A DNA stretch of 64,000 bases, taken from NCBI GenBank assembly GCA_016198755.1, contig JACQIB010000002.1, positions 32,001 through 96,000 on the forward strand, in the 5' to 3' direction. The position numbers were made by a program, and so were the translations under genes. The notes under the pieces were generated by a model. It ran no database searches, had not been told where the DNA came from, and saw only the letters and a list, made by a program, of their open reading frames with translations. Every line of letters starts with the position of its first letter. Positions within the stretch are counted from its first letter, which is position 1. This DNA comes from Candidatus Aenigmatarchaeota archaeon (GTDB lineage Archaea; Aenigmatarchaeota; Aenigmatarchaeia; Aenigmatarchaeales; JACQIB01). Positions 1-10,266 of the stretch are shown here, piece by piece.

Positions 1-2
1 CA

Positions 3-530
3 GCCATAATAGGTGCAGATGTAAAGCTTGGAGACAGTGTTATTGTGAGTGATTTTGCAGTTTTAGCAGGAGCTGCAAAAATAGGCAATGGCGCAAATAT
101 ATGGAGATATGCAAATCTATATGGATGTGAGATAGGTGACGGGACAAAAATAGGCACCTATGTTGAGGTACAGAAGGGTGCAATAATAGGAAAGAACTGC
201 AAAATATCTACCCATTCATTTGTGTGTGAAGGCGTAAAAATTGAAGACGATGTATTTATTGGACATGGAGTAATGTTCATAAACGACAACTATCCGCGTG
301 CTGTTAACAAGGACGGAAAAATGGAAACGGATTCTGATTGGATGGGAGAGCGGCTGTTATGTACTACAGTAAAGAAAAGCGCATCTATAGGTTCAAATGC
401 AACAATTCTCGGCGGGGTTACAATAGGCGAAGGAGCTATTGTGGGTGCTGGTGCTGTTGTAACTGAAGATGTTCCGGATTTTACAGTTGTGGCTGGTGTG
501 CCAGCAAAAATTTTAAGGAAGATAAAGTGA
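3..530 (+). CDS. Hexapeptide-repeat sugar N-acetyltransferase (WbpD/WlbB-like), 5'-truncated by window edge
   Basis: Left-handed beta-helix repeats ([21 protein letters not shown]), FINDNYPR motif and VVAGVPAK end. Frame is open from base 3 ([15 protein letters not shown]...), so the true start lies upstream. Confidence 0.85.
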   Translation, partial: AIIGADVKLGDSVIVSDFAVLAGAAKIGNGANIWRYANLYGCEIGDGTKIGTYVEVQKGAIIGKNCKISTHSFVCEGVKIEDDVFIGHGVMFINDNYPRAVNKDGKMETDSDWMGERLLCTTVKKSASIGSNATILGGVTIGEGAIVGAGAVVTEDVPDFTVVAGVPAKILRKIK

Positions 531-534
531 TATT

Positions 535-1638
535 ATGGACTATAAAATACCCCTAATGAAGCACGTTGTAAATGACGAAATGAAAGAAGCCGTTTTGCAG
601 ATTTTGGAAGAACAAAAACCATTGGTTTTCGGTGATGAAGTATTCAAATTTGAAGAAGAGTTTGCAAGGTACATAGGCACAAAATACGCTGTTTCATTAA
701 GTTCGGGAACAGATGCACTTAATCTTTCTGTAATAGCCTTAGGAGTTAAACAAAAAGATAAAGTTATAACAACTACAAATTCTTTCATAGCTTCTGCAAA
801 TTGCATACAGCTTGCCGGTGCTGTACCAGTCCTTACAGACATAGAACCTAACACAGGTAATATAGACATTAAAAAAATGAAAACCAATGGAGCTAAAGGT
901 ATAATACCTGTGCATTTGTATGGAAACCCCTGTAAGATTGAAGACATAATCAATATTGCGAAAGAAGAGGGAATGTTTGTAATAGAGGATGCATGTCAGT
1001 CCCATGGGTCTGCTATAAATGGAAAAAAACTTGGTTCTTTTGGTGACATAGCCTGTTTTTCTTTCTACCCCTCCAAAAACATAACTGTTGGAGGCGATGG
1101 TGGTATTGTTACTACAAATAATGATGATTTAGCAAATAAAATAGCTTCCCTTAGGGACGGCGGAAGAGAAACCAAAGGAACAAAGCGATCATCCCACTAC
1201 ATCCATACTGAAATAGGCATAAATGCAAGGCTCAACACAATAAACGCTGCAATAGGCAGGATACAGCTAAAGCATTTGGATGAATGGAATAATGAGAGGA
1301 GAAAGATTGCAGGACTTTACTCAAAATTTCTTCCGAAAGAAGTGCTTCTAAACACAGCTTCAGGTTCCTGTTTTTATATGTTTGCAATTAAAACTCCACT
1401 TAGGGACAAAGTAATGGCTCATTTAGCAGAAAATGGAATAAAGAGCGGTATACACTATCCAATACCAATCCATCTCCAGCCAATATATATGCGTTTATAC
1501 GGCTACAAAAAAGGTGATTTTCCAATTGCTGAACAATTCTGCAGCCAGATACTATCTATTCCACTCTTCCATGGTATAACTGAAGAACAAATAAAAATTG
1601 TTGCAGAAAAAATAAATGAGGTACTTGAAAATGCTTGA
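535..1638 (+). CDS. DegT/DnrJ/EryC1/StrS family PLP-dependent sugar aminotransferase (WbpE/WlbC-like)
   Basis: SSGTDAL, IEDACQSHG, FSFYPSKN (PLP lysine), GDGG, GIHYPIP motifs. Confidence 0.93.
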   Translation: MDYKIPLMKHVVNDEMKEAVLQILEEQKPLVFGDEVFKFEEEFARYIGTKYAVSLSSGTDALNLSVIALGVKQKDKVITTTNSFIASANCIQLAGAVPVLTDIEPNTGNIDIKKMKTNGAKGIIPVHLYGNPCKIEDIINIAKEEGMFVIEDACQSHGSAINGKKLGSFGDIACFSFYPSKNITVGGDGGIVTTNNDDLANKIASLRDGGRETKGTKRSSHYIHTEIGINARLNTINAAIGRIQLKHLDEWNNERRKIAGLYSKFLPKEVLLNTASGSCFYMFAIKTPLRDKVMAHLAENGIKSGIHYPIPIHLQPIYMRLYGYKKGDFPIAEQFCSQILSIPLFHGITEEQIKIVAEKINEVLENA

Positions 1639-2554
1639 GAAAAGACTAATAGGTGTTATAGGAGCCGGCAGGCAGGGACAGAATCATATAAGAGATATCA
1701 TATCACTTGGATGTGATGTTATAGCAGCCGATATAAACGAAGCGACTTTGAAGCAGGCCAAAGAGAAGTTTAATTGCCAGACAACAATGGATTATAAGGA
1801 AATACTCAATAATACCAATATAACAGCTGTTAGCATATGCGCTCCAAACAGCGAACACTATAAGATAGCAAAAGAAGCGTTGGAAAGCGGAAAGAATATT
1901 TTAATAGAAAAACCAATGGCAGATACTTACTCTGATGCAAAATCCCTTATAGAAATATCCAAAAAAGCAGGCAAAAGTATTTGTGTAGGTCATGTTTTCA
2001 GGTTTAATGATGCCATAGTTGAATTAAAAAGACTTGTAGAACAGAAATATTTCGGAGATAATATATTTTTCATAAAGTTTGTATGGAACAATCTTGAGCC
2101 TATATGGAACAGGGACATAATTTTTGACTTAGCATCACATCCATACGACATATTACACTTTATTTTCAATAAAACACTTGAAAATCCCAGTTTTATAGGG
2201 GCTCCATGCAGAAGGGAAACTGGAAATGAAGTCGCCTTTATAACAGGTAACATAGGTAAAACCCTAGTCAGTATGGATTTAAGCTGGGTTTTTCCTGAAA
2301 AAATAAGGCAAATAGTTATTGTTGGGTCAGAAAAAGCAGCAACAATAGGGTGTGTGGAGCAAACAATAGACATTTATGATTTCAAAACAAAGTCAAAAAC
2401 AAGACTCTGGCATGAAGCAAACAATGCACTGCGTGCAGAGCTTGCCCACTTCATAAACATAGCTTATGCAAATATTCCAACACACAGTTCCGGAGAAGTT
2501 GGAGCAGAAATTGTAAAGTCACTTGAAGAGCTTAGGGAACTGTCTAAGAAATAA
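1631..2554 (+). CDS. Gfo/Idh/MocA family NAD-dependent oxidoreductase (WbpB/WlbA-like)
   Basis: GVIGAGRQG Rossmann motif, IEKPMA, VGHVFRFN, DLASHPYD. ATG at 1631 overlaps the upstream stop. Confidence 0.9.
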   Translation: MLEKRLIGVIGAGRQGQNHIRDIISLGCDVIAADINEATLKQAKEKFNCQTTMDYKEILNNTNITAVSICAPNSEHYKIAKEALESGKNILIEKPMADTYSDAKSLIEISKKAGKSICVGHVFRFNDAIVELKRLVEQKYFGDNIFFIKFVWNNLEPIWNRDIIFDLASHPYDILHFIFNKTLENPSFIGAPCRRETGNEVAFITGNIGKTLVSMDLSWVFPEKIRQIVIVGSEKAATIGCVEQTIDIYDFKTKSKTRLWHEANNALRAELAHFINIAYANIPTHSSGEVGAEIVKSLEELRELSKK

Positions 2555-3650
2555 TATCCCTATAAATCCCAATTGTATTTTTTGTTATATTTTCCCACTC
2601 ATAATGTTTCATTGCCAGTTCTCTGCAGTTTCTAAATCTTTCAGGCGCATCTAAAACTTCCTTAATTGCATCTACCAAGTTCCCGTTTGGTATTGTGCCA
2701 ATTCCTGTCCATTCATCATTTGGAAAGTGAATGAGATTGGTGCTAACCATTGGGGTTCCACATGCTGCAGCTTCAACAGGCGCAATGCCTATTCCGCCCC
2801 ACTTCGCAATCATATCTGTTGCGTTTAAAATATAGGCATCAACAGCGCTATAATAAAGCGGCATCTGCTCCCTCGGAACAGGAGCCAGCGCTATTCCCCC
2901 CATCCTTTTTACTTCACTGAACATTTCATTTTCCCCCCTATCTATAAGCAACATATCAACATCGAATTTTTCTTTCAAAACTTTAACAGCATCCAGCATT
3001 TCTCTCCATTTTATTTTATAAGGAGCTCCAACATAGAGCAGCAATTTTTTATCTTGCGGCAAATTAAGTATTTTCCTAGCATGTTTTCTTTCTGTTGGCT
3101 GACAAAAATTAAAGTCCACACCCATTCCCTGGAGCAAAACTCTTTCTTTTGGCAATATTCTAGAAATATATTCTATCTCAGCCTTTGAAACTGCCAAAAC
3201 TTTTCTTACTTTTTTAAGTGTAAAAGGTTCGAAAAAAGTCTTTATTCTTGGAAACGGAGACTCTCCATGATGCTGTATAACTACAGGAAGAGAAGAAAAT
3301 ATTTTTGAGATAAGGCTTACAAAAGGATAATGGAGTCCATGAAGATGAAGAATTACCTTTTCCTGCTTTGAAACTCTTTTTATTTCCCTTAAAAGAGGTA
3401 GCGATATTTCATACCCAGAACGCAATGCAAAGGAAGGAAAAATTTTAAAAGTTATTCCACTCCCCTCCTTTATTTCCATGTTTTTAAAGCTTTTTTCTGG
3501 TGTAAAACACTCTATATCAAATTCATTCGTTTCTTTAAGAACCCTTTTTCCAACTCTTGCAGCCCAACTCTCGAATATTCCAATTTCCAGCCGTTCTTTC
3601 GGAAGGGCAAAAGATAATGAATGGTGTACTACATGTATAACTTTTGTCAA
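2544..3650 (-). CDS. Glycosyltransferase family 4 (GT-B)
   Basis: GIAPVEAAACGTPMV motif, YYSAVDAY, YEWENIT tail. TTG start coupled to upstream stop. Confidence 0.85.
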   Translation of the reverse strand: MTKVIHVVHHSLSFALPKERLEIGIFESWAARVGKRVLKETNEFDIECFTPEKSFKNMEIKEGSGITFKIFPSFALRSGYEISLPLLREIKRVSKQEKVILHLHGLHYPFVSLISKIFSSLPVVIQHHGESPFPRIKTFFEPFTLKKVRKVLAVSKAEIEYISRILPKERVLLQGMGVDFNFCQPTERKHARKILNLPQDKKLLLYVGAPYKIKWREMLDAVKVLKEKFDVDMLLIDRGENEMFSEVKRMGGIALAPVPREQMPLYYSAVDAYILNATDMIAKWGGIGIAPVEAAACGTPMVSTNLIHFPNDEWTGIGTIPNGNLVDAIKEVLDAPERFRNCRELAMKHYEWENITKNTIGIYRDIIS

Positions 3651-4699
3651 TTATGCACACCAGCCAATGGGCAGCCTGTGCAGTTTGGAGGGACACCTCC
3701 AGAAGCCAGATGCTTTCTAAAGGAAACAACCTGCCGGCTGTTTTTTAATTCTGAATAAGGAGTTTCAAGTACATTACCAAAATTAAAAGTCCTCGGATCA
3801 GGATTTACACAACAAGTCGCAATATACCCATCTGCAGTTATGAAAGGTCCCTGCCATGGATATCCACACACTCCCTTCGGAACATCCCTAGCAAACTCGA
3901 AACCCAATCCATACGACTTTGCAAGAGCTTCGGCTTCCTCTACAGCCTTATCATCTACTTTTATAGCCAAGGCGGAATGAAGTTCTTCCTTACCTGTGAA
4001 GTTTGGGTTTACAACACCTATACTCAATGTACTTACACCCAAGCCGTGAGCAAGATTCACTATTTCTTTCATTTGATGTGCATTCTTTTTCATTAAAACA
4101 AAACCCAAATGAACTATTATTTTACTTCCATATCTTTTTTTTGTCTCTACAAGAGTCTTAATATTAGCAAGTACCTTATCGTAATCAGCACCAGCCCTTA
4201 TGGAGTTATAAGTTTCCTTTGTAGCACCATCAAATGATATGGCAACTTTATCTATCCCAGAGTTTACAAACTTTTCACAAACTTCCCTGTTTAGAAGGGT
4301 TCCATTGGAAATTACGAAAATAAAATCAACTTTTTTCACATTTTTTGCATGATCCACTATCCTGAAAAAGTCCTTATTCATTATGCCTTCACCCAGACCA
4401 GTGAAAATTATGTTATTAAGGTACTTGAACTGTCCTATAATTTTCAAATACCTGTCAAAAGTAAGGTCCTGTATCCTCTGTTCATCATAATAAGTTCTTT
4501 TGCACATTGTGCATCGCAAGTTGCACTTTCCAGTAGGTTCAAGTTGTACTGTTATCGGTTCCCCCATAATTTTATCTTTATTTAATTTTAATGTCAGTCC
4601 ATAAAGTAGCATGTTATAAACTCCGGATATACCGTTCTTTAGAAGGCTCCTTTCCATAAGGAATTTTATTCTAGAGAACTTTGCGGTTATTTTTATCAT
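3647..4699 (-). CDS. Radical SAM protein with SPASM/Twitch-like C-terminal domain
   Basis: CNLRCTMC (CxxxCxxC), GLGEG, ISFDGAT, C-terminal CGYPW...CC...CTGC. Start chosen at ATG 4699 after a GGAG RBS. Confidence 0.9.
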   Translation of the reverse strand: MIKITAKFSRIKFLMERSLLKNGISGVYNMLLYGLTLKLNKDKIMGEPITVQLEPTGKCNLRCTMCKRTYYDEQRIQDLTFDRYLKIIGQFKYLNNIIFTGLGEGIMNKDFFRIVDHAKNVKKVDFIFVISNGTLLNREVCEKFVNSGIDKVAISFDGATKETYNSIRAGADYDKVLANIKTLVETKKRYGSKIIVHLGFVLMKKNAHQMKEIVNLAHGLGVSTLSIGVVNPNFTGKEELHSALAIKVDDKAVEEAEALAKSYGLGFEFARDVPKGVCGYPWQGPFITADGYIATCCVNPDPRTFNFGNVLETPYSELKNSRQVVSFRKHLASGGVPPNCTGCPLAGVHN

Positions 4700-4809
4700 A
4701 CTATCTCCATGTTCATAACCTTTTAAATACCTTTCTACCGTTAGTTTTATAAAACATATGTATTTGTGGTTCATTCGTACCACATACAGTAAAATTAAAT
4801 AGTGATAAA

Positions 4810-5784
4810 ATGAGAGCTTTGATTACAGGTGGCGGTGGGTTCGTAGGCTCAAATCTAGCCTTATACCTACTTTCGAAAGGCCATGATGTTACTGTTTATG
4901 ATAATATGCAAAGGATGGGCAGCCATATAAATATTGGAAAAATAAAAGCAGCTTTTCCACAAGCCAAAATAGTGCCCAAGGAACTGGATGATATAAGGGA
5001 GTTTTTGCAAAATAATAGGTTTCATGTAATATTTCATTTCGCAGCCCAGGTTGCTGTTACGAGCAGCTATGAAAGTCCGCACAGTGATTTCAGGATAAAT
5101 GCTCTAGGAACATTTAATATTGTTTCGTCTACAGACACCCCAGTTATCTATGCCTCAACAAACAAAGTCTACGGAGATAATGTTAATCTTGTTCCCATAG
5201 AGGAGCATGAAACCAGATATGATTTTTCAGGCCCATTAAAAGGAGTTGGAATACCTGAAAGTTTCAGTATAGACTCCAAAAAGCATACTCCATATGGCTG
5301 TTCAAAGCTTGTTGGCGAGCTTTATGTCAGAGAATTCGACGGTGTTGCAAACAGGTTCTCCTGTATGTATGGTCCAAACCAGTTTGGCAATACAGATCAG
5401 GGCTGGCTGTCACATTTTGTTCAATATGCTCTATCAGGAAAACAACTCACTGTTTATGGTGATGGAAAACAGGTAAGGGACGCACTCTATATCGACGATG
5501 TTGTAAGACTTTTGGAGCTGCAGGCACTTAACATAGATAAAATACGCGGAGAGGTTTTCAATATAGGAGGTGGTTACAATAATGTAATTTCTCTGTTAGA
5601 ACTTTGCTCAAAACTTGGAGTAAAACCTAAATTTGAGGACTGGAGGCCTTCAGACCAGAAAGTTTACTATTCGGATATATCCAAAGCTAAAAAACTTTTA
5701 GGCTGGTCACCGGCAGTTTCTGTTGATGACGGACTTAAAAGACTTGTTGAATGGCACAAATCCCCAGAATCAAAGCTCCATTAA
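4810..5784 (+). CDS. NAD-dependent sugar epimerase (CDP-paratose/tyvelose 2-epimerase RfbE-like SDR)
   Basis: ITGGGGFVG, AAQVAVT, YASTNKVYG, YGCSK, SCMYGPNQFGNTDQGW, GDGKQVRD. Confidence 0.88.
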   Translation: MRALITGGGGFVGSNLALYLLSKGHDVTVYDNMQRMGSHINIGKIKAAFPQAKIVPKELDDIREFLQNNRFHVIFHFAAQVAVTSSYESPHSDFRINALGTFNIVSSTDTPVIYASTNKVYGDNVNLVPIEEHETRYDFSGPLKGVGIPESFSIDSKKHTPYGCSKLVGELYVREFDGVANRFSCMYGPNQFGNTDQGWLSHFVQYALSGKQLTVYGDGKQVRDALYIDDVVRLLELQALNIDKIRGEVFNIGGGYNNVISLLELCSKLGVKPKFEDWRPSDQKVYYSDISKAKKLLGWSPAVSVDDGLKRLVEWHKSPESKLH

Positions 5785-5820
5785 GGTGCCTTTTAATCTT
5801 TTTCTATTCATGTTTTTCCA

Positions 5821-8076
5821 ATGGCAAATACCCTTAAAACAGACTTGATAAGCATAACCTTCATTTTCCTACTGTCTATTACACCATTCCTCCCATACTT
5901 AGTCCAATCAGGCAAAGTACTTGGTTCAGGTATATCAGACACAGTCTATATACTCCCGTTTATAGGTGAGTTATCCAGAAAAGAGCTCACAGAAACAGGT
6001 TTTTTCCCTACATGGGACAGCTATACATCCTCAGGTCGTCCATTTCTAGCAAACCCACAATCAGCTCCATTTTCCCTCTCAACACTTCTTTATCTCCTTT
6101 TTTCATTCAATTCCTTTGCTATTTCCACAGCTATTTACATGTTTCTTGCAGGTATTTTTACATACTTATTTTCCAGATTACTTGATCTAAAACAGCCCGA
6201 AGCCCTCTTCGCCTCAATTTCCTATATGTTCAGCAGTCTGTTCTTCCTCAGAATATTCGCAGGTCACACTCTGTTAATAGGTGCATTCGCTTTCTTCCCC
6301 CTTATACTTCTTATAGCAGAACTAAATGTAAGAAAAACCAGAAAACTTCATATAATATTGTTTGGTTCAATAGCATTCTTCCTCCAAATATCCACAGGCG
6401 GTTTGCAAATAGCCTTTTACACCACAATAGCATTCTTTCTTTACACCATCCTGCGCAGCGTACAGCGGTTCTTGCTTGAAAACTCAACTAAACAGCTCCT
6501 GAAAAATATTGTTGCACCGCTTTTAATGATAGCAATTTCAATTATGATGGTTTCATCTCAACTACTTCCTGCATTTGAGCTCCTTTCATTAAGCCCAAGG
6601 GCAAATTCTGATGGTACTTCAGTTTCCACCTCTTCCCACCCCCTGTTGTTATCCAATCTGTTTCTCCCAGAAATTTTATCCAGTTCCAACTATAACTTCG
6701 GTTTTACTAATTTTTGGGAATTCATACCATACATAGGTGCGATAACAGCTATCATGGCACTTTTAGGTTGCTTATTTTCCAGCAGAAAGATAAAATATCC
6801 GCTCATTATACTTGCTCTATTTTCAATATTATTTTCTCTTGGAACATACACGCCATTTTTCAGTTTATTCTCAAAAGTACTTCCGTTTATTAACAGCTTT
6901 AGATTTCCTTCGCGCATGATATTTGTTTTTCTCTTCTCCCTATCTATACTATCCTCACTCGGGTTTCACTCACTCCTGCAGAAAAGCACAAAAAAACTCT
7001 TTCATGTCCCACTTTTCATAGTATCCATTGTTTTTCTTTTAGTATCCATACTACTAACAAATCCAGCCTATATTATATTAAAAGAACAGTTTACACACAT
7101 ATCTGCTGTTATTGCCGGCAGTCTTCCATATGACTCTGCAATAATAAAAGCCAGTGCAATAGAACAGAACTTCCAGTTTATTTATGCTAATATAGTTTTC
7201 GGTTCTTATCATCTGCTTATTTTCTTAGTTCTCTTTCTCTGGGCATGTTCTTCTTTCATTAAAGGCAGACTTACACCGCGTATATTTTCTCTTGCAATAT
7301 TATTGCTTCTTCTATCAGATCTGCTTTTATTCGGTATTCCCTATATAAAGTATACAGACCAGAAGAGTTTAGAGCTGCCGCAGGATGCACTAAAATACAT
7401 AGATTCGGATTATAATGTATATCTGGACAAAGCAGTTTTCCCTCCTGTAGCATTAATAAAAAATAACTTAAAGACTCACCAGATATACGATCCTGCAACA
7501 CTAAAATCATATGAAGAATTTTTATCTATAAATAACTGCACAGAATATTGCTCTTCAGCCTCAAACCTGTTCTCTACAAAATACTACATAACAAACAAAA
7601 CCTTGGATATGGAGAAACTATATTCATTCTCCTATACTAACTATCTGACTGGAAAGCCTTCCATCGCCACAATTTACAGCATAAACTCTTCAGGTTTGGC
7701 AAGAATATCCTATAACTGGAGAGTAGACTCCTCATACCTAGGCGACGTTTATCTGGATAAACTAGAATTCTCAGATGATTCTAAAATAAACATAACTTAT
7801 CGTTCATCCAGCAAAATAAATATCTCAACCTATACTTCTCAGTCCGGAGTTCTCGTGCTTTCCCAGAATTATTATCCAGGATGGAAAGTTTTTATAGATG
7901 ATAAGGAAGCCAGAATTTTACAACCATATGCCAGCTATACCGGCGTTTTCCTTCCCAGAGGTCAGCATAACGTGGAGTTTGCTTTCAATCCATATTCAGG
8001 CCTGACTGTTACACTTATAGGAACTATAATTTCCTTAATATCGTTCTTTACTCTACTGCTTCTCTATATATTCTGA
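5821..8076 (+). CDS. YfhO-like polytopic membrane protein (GT-C fold glycosyltransferase candidate)
   Basis: Many TM helices, N-terminal loop D...PTWDSYTSSGRPFLANPQ, FRFPSR, C-terminal LVLSQNYYPGWKVFID...LPRGQHNVEF typical of YfhO. Confidence 0.8.
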   Translation: MANTLKTDLISITFIFLLSITPFLPYLVQSGKVLGSGISDTVYILPFIGELSRKELTETGFFPTWDSYTSSGRPFLANPQSAPFSLSTLLYLLFSFNSFAISTAIYMFLAGIFTYLFSRLLDLKQPEALFASISYMFSSLFFLRIFAGHTLLIGAFAFFPLILLIAELNVRKTRKLHIILFGSIAFFLQISTGGLQIAFYTTIAFFLYTILRSVQRFLLENSTKQLLKNIVAPLLMIAISIMMVSSQLLPAFELLSLSPRANSDGTSVSTSSHPLLLSNLFLPEILSSSNYNFGFTNFWEFIPYIGAITAIMALLGCLFSSRKIKYPLIILALFSILFSLGTYTPFFSLFSKVLPFINSFRFPSRMIFVFLFSLSILSSLGFHSLLQKSTKKLFHVPLFIVSIVFLLVSILLTNPAYIILKEQFTHISAVIAGSLPYDSAIIKASAIEQNFQFIYANIVFGSYHLLIFLVLFLWACSSFIKGRLTPRIFSLAILLLLLSDLLLFGIPYIKYTDQKSLELPQDALKYIDSDYNVYLDKAVFPPVALIKNNLKTHQIYDPATLKSYEEFLSINNCTEYCSSASNLFSTKYYITNKTLDMEKLYSFSYTNYLTGKPSIATIYSINSSGLARISYNWRVDSSYLGDVYLDKLEFSDDSKINITYRSSSKINISTYTSQSGVLVLSQNYYPGWKVFIDDKEARILQPYASYTGVFLPRGQHNVEFAFNPYSGLTVTLIGTIISLISFFTLLLLYIF

Positions 8077-9154
8077 GAAGCTGTTCATTCCTAGCTTTTA
8101 TAGAAAACTTTCCATTCACAACTTCTTTCAACCCAGTTTCCCCCAGCTTCCGCCTTAATTTTGAATCCTGTATCAATAAACCAGCCTTTTCTATTATACC
8201 GCTTACTATTTCCGGTTTTTCTGTTGTTTCTACAAATCTGTTAAATTTTTCCCAATTATCCATGGAAAACAGGTAGTTCTTTCCATACCAAGAGTATTTT
8301 GAACTAGGTAGTGCAAATCCACAATTACCTATTATTTCCGGAACAGCAAATGTATCTGTTCCAATACACGGTTTTCCGGCAGCCATAGCCTCAAGAAAAA
8401 CCATGCCAAAAGTATCAGTATATGTTGGTAATATGAAAACATCTGAATTTGGAAAGAATTCTGTAAGAACCTTTTCCCTTGGCTGAAGCCCAGGAAATTT
8501 TACTTTAAACTTCCCAGAGTATTTCTCCACAATATCCTTTGGCACATCACTTATCATTGTAAGTTCAACATCATACTTTTTGCTTAGTGTCTCGAAAGCT
8601 TTCAGTACTTCCATCCCCCCCTTTATGTAAAACCCATAGCTTACAAACAAAAATCTCACAGAATCAGACTTGGTTTCCGCAACATTCCTTGGTGCTATAG
8701 CAGGGTATACAACTTCCAACTTTTCCTTAAATCCAGAGCAATCCAGACCATTTAGAATAGACATTTTTCCAGCCTCTGTCCAAGGCATTATTTTTTTACA
8801 GTTTTTCCCAGCTAAATACTTCTCAACCTTTTTCCTGACATTTTCCAGCCTTCCAGCCTGAAAACCAACAAAAGAAGCAGCATGTTCCAAATCCAATACC
8901 CAAGGCATATCATTTTTTACCAGAATCCCGCTGCATCCATGTATAAGCTCAGCTCCCATCGGATTAACTTTTAATGCATGTGGATTGTTTGTAAACCTCA
9001 GGTAAGACCTGAATAGTCCGCGTTTTATATTGTTTACAATTTTATTTTTCGACGGGACAACATAAGGCGGAAAGACATATTCTACACCCTTCGGAGGATA
9101 TTTTATCAAATCCTCAAAGACAGAATGGTAACCTTTCCTCAAACAAACTTTCAT
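8048..9154 (-). CDS. Glycosyltransferase family 4
   Basis: DVFILPT..DTFGMVFLEAMAAGKPCI motif. Confidence 0.9.
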   Translation of the reverse strand: MKVCLRKGYHSVFEDLIKYPPKGVEYVFPPYVVPSKNKIVNNIKRGLFRSYLRFTNNPHALKVNPMGAELIHGCSGILVKNDMPWVLDLEHAASFVGFQAGRLENVRKKVEKYLAGKNCKKIMPWTEAGKMSILNGLDCSGFKEKLEVVYPAIAPRNVAETKSDSVRFLFVSYGFYIKGGMEVLKAFETLSKKYDVELTMISDVPKDIVEKYSGKFKVKFPGLQPREKVLTEFFPNSDVFILPTYTDTFGMVFLEAMAAGKPCIGTDTFAVPEIIGNCGFALPSSKYSWYGKNYLFSMDNWEKFNRFVETTEKPEIVSGIIEKAGLLIQDSKLRRKLGETGLKEVVNGKFSIKARNEQLLRIYREAVE

Positions 9155-9155
9155 T

Positions 9156-10235
9156 CTACCCACCCAGCAGACTTTTGTAAATAGCCATCATACCATTTGC
9201 ATGGTTTTCATATGTAAATACCTTTGCTCTTTCCAAGCTCAGTTTTGAATATTTCTGCCTCATATGCTCATCTTCTATCAGTGGCCTTAATCCAGCAGCC
9301 ATAGATTCTATATTCGGCTCTACTATAACCCCATACTTTTGTATTAACTCAGGAGACGTTGAAGCATTGCAAGCAACAACAGGCAATCCGCAGTGCATAG
9401 CTTCTGCTATCATGTTTCCAAAACCCTCACTCAGAGACGGAAATACAAATATATCAAGAGAGTTGTAAAATTTTGTAACATCTTTATTGTCTACAAATCC
9501 GTAGAAATGCGTACCATCAACTCCTAATTTTCTGAAAGCCTCCAGATTTTTACCCCCGCCACCAACATGAAGCTCTACTTTGTTTCCATATTCCTTTCTT
9601 AATTTTTCAAAGGCCTGTACGAGAAGTATAACATTCTTCCTCCCATCCAACCCACCAAGATACCCTATTTTCACGATGTCACTTTTTGTTTTTGGCAAAG
9701 GATGAAATATGCTAGTATCGCATCCATGATAAACGACCTTCAATTTTTCCCTTTCTATACCCAGTTTCACGGCTTCTTCTTTTGCAGAATTTGAAAAAAC
9801 TAAAAGTGCATCAGCTTTTCTTATTGTCCTAAAACAATACCTATACCATGCTGTTATTACCAAGTCCCTTAACTTCATATTTTTTAGAGCATAGTGAAAC
9901 GGTATAACATCGTGTATAGCCACAACAGAAGGCGTTTTATCGTTCCATATAAACGGTGCGCCAGTAGTTACATAATCCGAATGGTAAACATCAGCTTCAA
10001 GATTCTTTATCTTTTTCGAGAGATAAAGCGGATATGGTATCCAGCTGAATTTTGGTGCATGCACAGTTTCTATCCAAGGTTCAGATGGTGAGAAGTCATC
10101 TCTTATAAGCAGCTTCACATCATTATTGAGCTCCTTCAAGCTCTTCCCTAGATTGTATATATATCTGGAGAATCCTATGCTCATACCCCACACACCACTT
10201 TGCGGTACAGTGTGACCTGCAAGCAGTATTCTCAT
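9156..10235 (-). CDS. Glycosyltransferase family 4
   Basis: DIFVFPSLSEGFGNMIAEAMHCGLPVV, RKN motif. Confidence 0.92.
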   Translation of the reverse strand: MRILLAGHTVPQSGVWGMSIGFSRYIYNLGKSLKELNNDVKLLIRDDFSPSEPWIETVHAPKFSWIPYPLYLSKKIKNLEADVYHSDYVTTGAPFIWNDKTPSVVAIHDVIPFHYALKNMKLRDLVITAWYRYCFRTIRKADALLVFSNSAKEEAVKLGIEREKLKVVYHGCDTSIFHPLPKTKSDIVKIGYLGGLDGRKNVILLVQAFEKLRKEYGNKVELHVGGGGKNLEAFRKLGVDGTHFYGFVDNKDVTKFYNSLDIFVFPSLSEGFGNMIAEAMHCGLPVVACNASTSPELIQKYGVIVEPNIESMAAGLRPLIEDEHMRQKYSKLSLERAKVFTYENHANGMMAIYKSLLGG

Positions 10236-10266
10236 AACATCACAAAAAGCTTGAAGTGAAAGGCTT

